A stretch of 59,024 nt of DNA, counting the filler, from Sphacelaria rigidula (Eukaryota), in assembly GCA_964200075.2 (NCBI GenBank). It is 8 parts of 8 records of this genome, joined end to end, with 100 filler letters (N's around TTAATTAATTAA, not from the genome) between each part and the next. Parts side by side here need not be neighbours in the genome. Positions count along the whole stretch, not along the records: positions 44,345 to 51,634 come from CAXNAA020015605.1; positions 51,735 to 59,024 come from CAXNAA020015606.1; 6 more parts are not named here. One strand, 5' to 3'. The position numbers were made by a program, and so were the translations under genes. The notes below the pieces were generated by a model. That model worked only from the letters and a program-made list of their open reading frames with translations. It made no database searches and was not told the DNA's origin. Within the stretch, counting starts at the first letter, position 1; the number at the start of each line of letters is the position of its first letter. Positions 51,265 through 59,024 of the stretch are shown in pieces.

Positions 51265-51634
51265 TTTGCATAAAAGTTTTTCGCCAAGTTGGGTTGTTGA
51301 AGGCATATTGTGTGCGAGCGCAATGCACGCACGGTATGAGGCAGAAGAGTAATCCGATAAACCGTCGCGATGTTCGGACGTTAGATAACGTTGCAACGGA
51401 AGCAGCGACAAACACGGAAGGGGTGGGAGGAGCGGAAAAGGGCGGGTCGGGGATTGGTTACGGGGAGAGAGAGAAAATGCAGAGTTAGAGCGTATTGCTT
51501 TGATCTTGGTAGGGGCGTGGCAACGGAGGATAAGTTGGAGCCATGTTGCGATAGCGGGGGGGGGGGGGGGGGGGGGGGGCGACTTCACGCCGCCCTTACC
51601 CCGTAAACGCCCCCCCCCCCCCCCCCGCCCCTCC

Positions 51635-51734
51635 NNNNNNNNNNNNNNNNNNNNNNNNNNNNNNNNNNNNNNNNNNNNTTAATTAATTAANNNNNNNNNN
51701 NNNNNNNNNNNNNNNNNNNNNNNNNNNNNNNNNN
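51635..51734. other. Artificial contig spacer
   Basis: N44-TTAATTAATTAA-N44. Confidence 0.99.
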
Positions 51735-52479
51735 GACGCGCCGTACCTTTAGCTAATCAAAGCTGTAGTAGCAGGTACACGCGGCTAATCGGGTACAATC
51801 TTGTACCCTGCTTTCATCAACGAATAAAAACAATCCAAATCCTGCCTTATACAACACACATTCGACTAGAATATTTCCATACCCGTCGGTCGTTTCTGGA
51901 GACCATGTGCAAATCCATAAGAACTAGTTTAATTCAGGCACTCAGTCATTTACCATCACGTTAGCCCATCCTGGATCGTTCAAGTGCAGTCACTTTTCAG
52001 AAGGAAAAAGCTTGCACCGAGCCACACCTCTCCCACACCACAGAAAACTGAGACTCCATTTGAAGATCGAGTCCTCTTTGGTACGGGGAACGGGAAGGGG
52101 CGATCAACACAAAAAAAAATGAAAATACAAACACAAGCACAAAGCAAAGAGAAAAAAAATCGAACCGATACAATGACTCAGTATCCTCATGTTCCGTGAG
52201 CTCTTTAGACGGAGGCATGGGAAATAAAAAATAAAAACAATCAACAATCAAAACCATGTACCACAAAATGCAGTGTCTTGAGGATACCATGAGCATTTCC
52301 GGGATAGCCACAGAAAATCAGAGACCTGTCATTGAAACGATCATCCTACTCTGCCATAACTATGTCATGAATATAATAGTTTACTCTTTTCCGGATGTCC
52401 GATTTGGTTTAGGTCCTTGGTAGAATAACAAGCAAGCCCGCCAAGGCATTATATCACTCCGATGACCAAGTTCATGCTA

Positions 52480-53330
52480 ATCACTCGTCCCAGTCAGTCA
52501 GCAAAAGCCAGCAACGTACAGCCGATTTCGTCGCGGAAATGGTAGTTTCCCGCGAAAACCATACGTTGATAAAAATAAACATAGAATGATACGGACAAAG
52601 CAACCCGTTTGACGTGAGATAATTTTCGGTAAATGTTTGTGAGAGCAACGACTTGCTTGGGACGTCTGGTTGAAGATCCAGTCGTACAGCATTTTTGTTT
52701 TTCACACGACGACACGAAAACAACCGACCGGTTTGTGAGGTCAGGTGTCCGTACACGTCAAAAGAAACGTAGTGAACGATACAAAACCTTCGGTCCTACT
52801 ACGTAGTTCCGAGGCGGATCGCCCAACACATTCCTGAACCACGACAAATACACAGGACAGAGAGGACCAACGTAGCCCGCTCCTCATAGTATTTGCCCGT
52901 TCGGACTAAAGCGAGACTGGCCCGGACACAAACTGGAGTAAAACCCACAGCCGATCGTACCGTCACGTTACTTCGTCGCATGTTCCCTGATAAAAACAAA
53001 ACACCACCGACCGATTTCAGGGGCGGGTAATTGTACGCAAAAAACTGGTAAAAATGACAGAAAAAATAGCGAGTGGCGGACTCTGAGCGTCAAGGCTGTA
53101 CCAATGGTTGAATATCGACATGGCGGAACGGACAGTTCCGGAAGAGCAATCTACCTTATCATGATACGAAATGGTCCTGTATGAGGAGACGTTTGCAACC
53201 GATCATACCGCGACTCCAAGAACAATTCTTCAACACCGCTATGTTCGACGCGGCCAGTCGTGGCCTCGTTGTAACTTACCAATCACCACAGTGCAAATCA
53301 TCGCGTCGCATTACCCGTGACCCTCCTATA
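52480..53330 (-). pseudogene. Possible heavily decayed Gypsy integrase region
   Basis: Weak motifs only: LKNCSWSRGM (cf. F.W.GM) and VRSAVGFTP (cf. HSATGFTP), in the expected order. Confidence 0.35.
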
Positions 53331-54219
53331 AACGAGGTCGGTCACATGCGGCAGGACTCGCAAAAAAAAGTAGGCCAAGTGTTGTAGACTCGAGCGTCAG
53401 GAACGTTAGAACACTCGTGGCGAAATTCCCGACATAGACGCAGAAACCAAAACCAAAATAAATACAAAACCAGTGGCACGCTGGGCAACAGCGAAAACGA
53501 AAATCCGCAAAAAGAGCAGAAAAACAATACGTGGCAACCGTCCTTGTAAACGGGAGCGGTTATCGTGTGTATGAAGCAAGCAGAGCCAAACGTTTCAATC
53601 AAGAAGGTCAGAACATTTCAGGCATTCGGCTTCGGAACCTATCGCCCATGTGAATACAAAACTCAGCGTGGTACGCACACAAAAAGGGGACACGTCACGA
53701 CCGATCCCGAAGAGGGAGGCGATATGCGTGTACGGAGCGGTTGGGCAAGAGCGCAATTATTCCAGACGGGGAGGTCAGGTATATGCAGCGCTCGCTTTTA
53801 AAACTCTCAACCGAAAAGACAAACATAAAAAAACACCGATAACATATGACACAAAAACGGTACATCATGACCGGTCCCGAAGAGGGAGGCGGCATTCGCG
53901 TGCGGAGCGATTGAACAAGAGCGCAAATATTCCAGACGTGGGCGTCAGGTATGGCTGGCGCTTGCTCCGGAAACTCTTCCATCAAAACAAACAAATCAAA
54001 AATAAAGACCATGTAATAACAAAGCAAGACAAGATGTGCGCATAATGAAAAAAAATGGAGAAATAAATAACTCGTGGCAACTGCTCCAGTAGATGTAATG
54101 GTTGTGAATGTACGGCGCGGAGGAAGGAGGTTCAAGGTTCCAGACTCGGGGTCAGGAATGGAACGGTCGTCACTTGAGCTTTGCCAGATGAACCCAGACA
54201 AAACAATTACCCATTGAAC

Positions 54220-54475
54220 ACAAAAAATCGAAAACAAAGCACGAGGCGAAAAGAGAAAAAAAGGAGAGAAGAAAAGGAGAGAAGAAAAGCAACAACAACA
54301 ACAACAACAACAACAACAAAGACAAAAACAAATGAAAACAAATAACGCTAAGGTAAAGAAAACCGAAACACAAAATCAGGTCCAAAGCAACAAAAAACAA
54401 AACACAACACAAAAAAATACGAAATACAAAAACAAAAGACCAAATACAAAATACAAAACACAACATCAAACACTA
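54220..54475. repeat. A-rich / (CAA)n low-complexity tract
   Basis: About ten CAA units and A-rich runs abutting the RT truncation point. Confidence 0.85.
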
Positions 54476-54479
54476 CAAA

Positions 54480-57400
54480 GAGAGTCAATGATTTCATCAA
54501 TCCGTGGAAGTGGCAGCCGGGCGATTTTGGTGACGGCGTTCAATCATTGATAATTGACCGTCAGTCTGGTTTTGCCAATCTTCTTACGGACGACGACTAA
54601 ATAAAGGCGAGGCCCACGGAGATGTCCAGTGCCGAATCAAACCGGCAGATAAGTAAGCATCGAGAATCACCTGGATCTTATCCGCTAAGAGGGGGTTCGT
54701 ACGGTACGGACGCGTCGCGATAGACGGAGTGCCATCAGGATTTTTTTATCTTAAACGGTGTCGTGGTACATCGACCTAAATCCAAGGGTACAGTAGAATA
54801 CCGTTCAGAAAGTCTAATGAAGATGGATCTCAATCTATCGATTACAGTGGGTGTCCAACCATCGCCAGATGGATCAAAAACAATATGCTGTAAGTGAAAG
54901 GGAATGTCATCCCACAACTTTTGAAAACTGGCGCATTCTTCTGAAGAAAATCTATCCAGTAATGCAGTTGGGGGTTGAGGGCCAGGCGCATCTGGTGGGT
55001 TTGTCACCACCATGGGGTCAGGCATGTGTGGCGGAGGGGGAGCCGTGGATTTCGGGGGGTAGGTCGGCGAGTTGTTGTTCACCGGGGGGCACACATCTGA
55101 TAGGTCGGTTCGTATGAGAGGCGCTTGAGCATAACCCAACAACTGACCGTTGAGTATATCGAAACATGCAGGGGACGTGAGGTAAATGGCCTGCCTACCT
55201 TCGTGGACAAAGACTTCGGTCTGTTCAAACGGACCAACCTGTGTTTGGTCAGGTTTGAGCAATTCGACCAAATGATATCCTGTGAGGGCGGGCGATCCAT
55301 TGCGTCTCACGAGGTTCACTTGAATCAGTTGGGGTTCACGAGAACGCGAGATTACCGGTTCACCAACATAGTACAGACGGAAAGCCTTACCTGTTTTCGT
55401 GGGATCATCCTCATAAGCATGAGCTCCCGAATCAGTGTCGAAGTGACCCAGTAACAGTTTGTCTATGAGTGGACGGTTCGGGACAGGTGCGTCCGTCGTA
55501 TACGTACGTGTGGAAAAACGAAGCCAACTATCTCGACCCAACAAAACATCAAAAGACATGGAATCGTCGGGCACAATTAGTGCCCATACGGACAACCGAG
55601 CAGTGGGAGTAGTATCCTGGTACAATTGTACATTCAGTCTCACCGATTGATTGGTCGTAAGAGATTTGGAGGAACCGAACCCACCAAAACACGAGGGTGT
55701 ATGGTGGACAGATAATGCTTGTCCGCCGCACCCGCGTTGATCGTCTGCTGCCAGCAGCTAGCTGGAATGAACGTTTGAGGTGAACCAGAGTCTGGCAGCG
55801 CAAGAGCTATCAAATGACAGTTTACACGCGCTCCACTATGTAAACCAATCTTGGTCGTAAAAGAAGCATCATCCATAGTTGCAATACCACTGACGAGATC
55901 GGGCCCGAATTCGGGTAAGACATCTGACACATCCTGCTGTGCGTTTTGAACGAAGGTGCTGTAAAATACACCCGTTGATGATCCTGTGGGACAAGCTTTT
56001 GGTAAGAAGGATAGTGCGTGCATGGAGTGTCAGTGTTTGTGCCTGGAATATTTGTCTCATCAGCCGAGGGTTGAATCTCATATATTGCAACGGAGGGGCG
56101 ATATCGGGGAAGGGCAGTTGTCGTGGTTGGACCCGACAACCGATCTGTGCGTGGCGTTTCACCCTTATTGGTCAATAGAGGGGGCGAATCGTCATTGTGC
56201 AAAGCGGGATCAATTGCATTATCCAGCTTGGTCGGAACAAGGGACGATTCATCGGGGCGCGGTGTTGAGTTTGATACGCCAATCAACTCTATACCATCAC
56301 TAGTCAGGGCCAACATGGGAGGTTTTGGAGACGATTCGTCAGGACGCGGGGCTGGTAAAGCTGTACTGTTCAACCCGGCGTCCATTAAAGGGGCCAACGT
56401 GGGCGAGTTAGGAGACGAGTCGTCTTGCGTAACACTTTGTCTGCCTGGTGACGAGCACACGATCGAGGTGCCTTTATGACTACGATGCGAACGTCCATGA
56501 GTCGGCGAAGTCTCTGTCCCTACAGACGGCAACGCTTCATCGGGAATGGGTTCTAACGCAGTGCACGAGGGGTGGTCAGGGAGCAGTAACGATCTGTTCG
56601 AAATCTGGGAATTACCGGCCTGTTCCACTCTAACGTTTTCATCTGTCTGAGCCCACACGCAATCTCCTCCTTGGAGTTAACGTGAGCTTGCTACATCAGG
56701 GTTATCTACATGATCATCTGGAGGAGCCCGCCTATGGTGACGCGTGTAGCGCACGAAAGGGTCGGCGGCTCCAGGAGCTATTGAAATGAGTTCTTGGACA
56801 GTCGAACCTAGGTCACGCTCTTGGCGCACCGCCTGGGTCACTGTCACTTGGGGTTCTATTTCAACCCGCTGAGCGACGGAAAGCATGGGTTCTTTGCGGT
56901 TGCGACCCTTCAAGGAATAAGTACGCTCATCAAACAAAAGGGAAGCGGGTACCGTAGTTTTTGCGGAACTCGGTAGGGTGTTTAGCCGGGCACTTGAGCA
57001 GTTGGGGGGTGCTTGAGTGTGTGACTTTCAATTTTGTGTTCTCCGATGAACGGTCGAAGCAGCAGTGTGTATCGTATCAGAAGATATTTCGGCTCCTGAT
57101 GCGTGAGAAACTGCACCACATGACTTCCTCTCCTCTGAAAGGAGGGGATTCGATTGAATATGATCAGTACCCGGTGAAGGTAAAACTGGGTGATCAAATC
57201 CAGGATTAAAACGTGGGATTTGGTCACTGCTCAATTGATAGCCATGCAACAGTGCACGGGCTTCGACTGTCTTGGAACCCTTCAAGGCAGTGTTAGCATA
57301 TCCAGGGAATCCACACCACATGGTTGAACCCGTGGTGGCCGCCGTTGATTCACGTGTGTCATGTTTGTGACCTGGCCGAGCGAAAGAAAATTGTTGGGTA

Positions 57401-59024
57401 CTTCTGTGGTGAGTTACCGGCGAACGTTGATTCCAAGTTGTGGGGTTGTGCTAACGATTGGGGAACACACGATCGTCAGAAGTATAAAATGAACGGGCAG
57501 GTGGTGGCGCCCAGGTTTTTGGATCAGCCACACGTCCTGTGTTACCCCACTGATTGCTGCTCGGAAACGCGGAGGCTTGGTGAACGTTCCCAGAAAACGA
57601 TCAAGTTGTGCGGTGAGCATCAGGGGTGGGCTGTTGGGCGTCTTCCTGGCGTGGGGGACCCGTAGGACTAGGTGCAATCATCAGTGGTCGTCTTCCGTCT
57701 TGTGATTGTACCTGGTTCTGCAGTTTAGAGTTTGCCGGGTCAGACTGTGTTAGACGTGGTGCCGAGTCAGCGGGCCGCGTCTGGTTGTGCGTTGTGTGGT
57801 AGTGCGGGTTTTGGTAGCGGGAATCGTTACCATAAAAGCGATTACCCCGTCTAGGGCGGTTGTTTTGGCCACGCGTGTCGCCGGATTGAGAGCGGCGGTA
57901 AGAACGCATACGTGCTTGCCAAGTTGGCCAGCACGATGCATATTGCGGATCGCGGAATATGTTATTCAAGACGCCGAATGCGTTCACAAACGTTGCCTCA
58001 CAGGTGCGCATGGTGTGGATGGAAACTCTGCCGTCGGCGGAGTACCCAGTTTGTCCATCGAACCATATTCCACAATTGAGGCATTTGTCCTTACACTCAC
58101 GGATAAGCTCGTTACGGATGTTGGGTTCAACGTCGCGGGCCCAGAGGGGGGGGATCGTGGTTGTTCATGGAGGTGCTCACGTTGAACACCTCCGGCCAAA
58201 TTTCGTTGGAGAAGGGCCAGCTTGGGAATCGACTAGCAAATGCATCTCGTACCTGAACCTGGGCGGTCATCATGACTTCCCCTGCAGAAGTCATTGAGTC
58301 AGGTATCCACGCCAGCTGACTCGTTTCATGCTGGATTGCGTTCGTGACGCAGGGGCAACTTGAGTGAGGAGAGGTTCCTGACTAATTACCTGCGTACCGT
58401 GTTGGATAATTGCCGAAGTGGTGCCGTCCTGTCTTACTCCTATCGACTCGACAGCCTGTGTCCGATTCGTACGCAACCCATCGAGTCGTCTCCACATTTC
58501 GTCGAGGTTTGCGAATGGTACTGCTACCGTAGCTGCATTGCCCACAAAAACACTCGGCATTAGACTGGGGTATTGTCGCCCCATACTGGAACGAAAGAGA
58601 GACACTACCATCTCGTTGGTCGGGGCTAGTTCACGCCCGCCATCCAGGGTGACCGAAATTAGAGTGCGAAAGTCCTTCAAGTTTTGATCGAAGGGAGTGT
58701 TCACGGGAACCTTGAAGGTGAGCAATCTCTCAATAAATTCCCCTTCGTAGCTGGTGTCAAGCGACGAGCTAAGCAACCGTAACAAAAGTGTGAACGCCTC
58801 GTTCCCACTGGCATCCTTGTTGAGGGCCCGCGACACTTGGTCGAAATGTGCGTCGCACATTGCAGAAATTTTGGAGGATTGCAAGGAGTTGAGGTCAATC
58901 GCGACACTTTCTACGATGCCTGCCCCAAAAAAACAGCTGAAAGTGTTACGAAAAACATGGCCATACAGCGCCTGATGTTCGGATTCAGGCTGCGTGAAGC
59001 GTCTCATATTGGCGACATTGGCTA
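54480..59024 (-). mobile_element. Ty3/Gypsy LTR retrotransposon internal region (gag, protease, start of RT), degenerate
   Basis: Gag-like pieces 59007-57601; protease ALPDSGSPQTFI and VLLGRDS; RT start DLGRC..TPFKI, RPYRTNP, SPWASP, RLTVNYQ*LNAVT, PLPRIDEIIDSL. No LTR seen. Confidence 0.9.

Noticed and set aside
45214..59024. Combined RT + recombinase + gag/protease novel system
   Set aside because: The parts lie on different contigs and each fits a known retrotransposon class.

Overview
Eukaryotic, intron-rich nuclear DNA, most consistent with a brown alga (Phaeophyceae; inferred from GT-AG gene structure, GC-rich exons and repeat content). The window is NOT one locus. It is eight contigs (1-7291, 7392-14682, 14783-22073, 22174-29464, 29565-36854, 36955-44244, 44345-51634, 51735-59024; lengths 7291 x4, then 7290 x4) joined by identical artificial 100-nt spacers (N44-TTAATTAATTAA-N44), so adjacency across spacers is meaningless. 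Contents: (1) partial multi-exon ARM-repeat gene with a ~405-bp intronic hairpin; (2) BMT5/DUF2431-like methyltransferase fused to zinc fingers, plus tandem arrays; (3) head-to-head 5' ends of an RGG-rich gene and a low-complexity gene; (4) eight exons of a HECT E3 ligase with MITEs and a LINE piece in its introns; (5) four short exons of a protein kinase invisible in the ORF track; (6) an intact ORF made of a mariner transposase DNA-binding region without a catalytic domain, among MITEs; (7) a decayed tyrosine-recombinase (DIRS/Ngaro-type) retrotransposon with a 27-bp repeat; (8) a decayed Ty3/Gypsy element. No CRISPR array, rRNA or tRNA gene was recognised. All family calls come from motif recognition by eye, not database searches.
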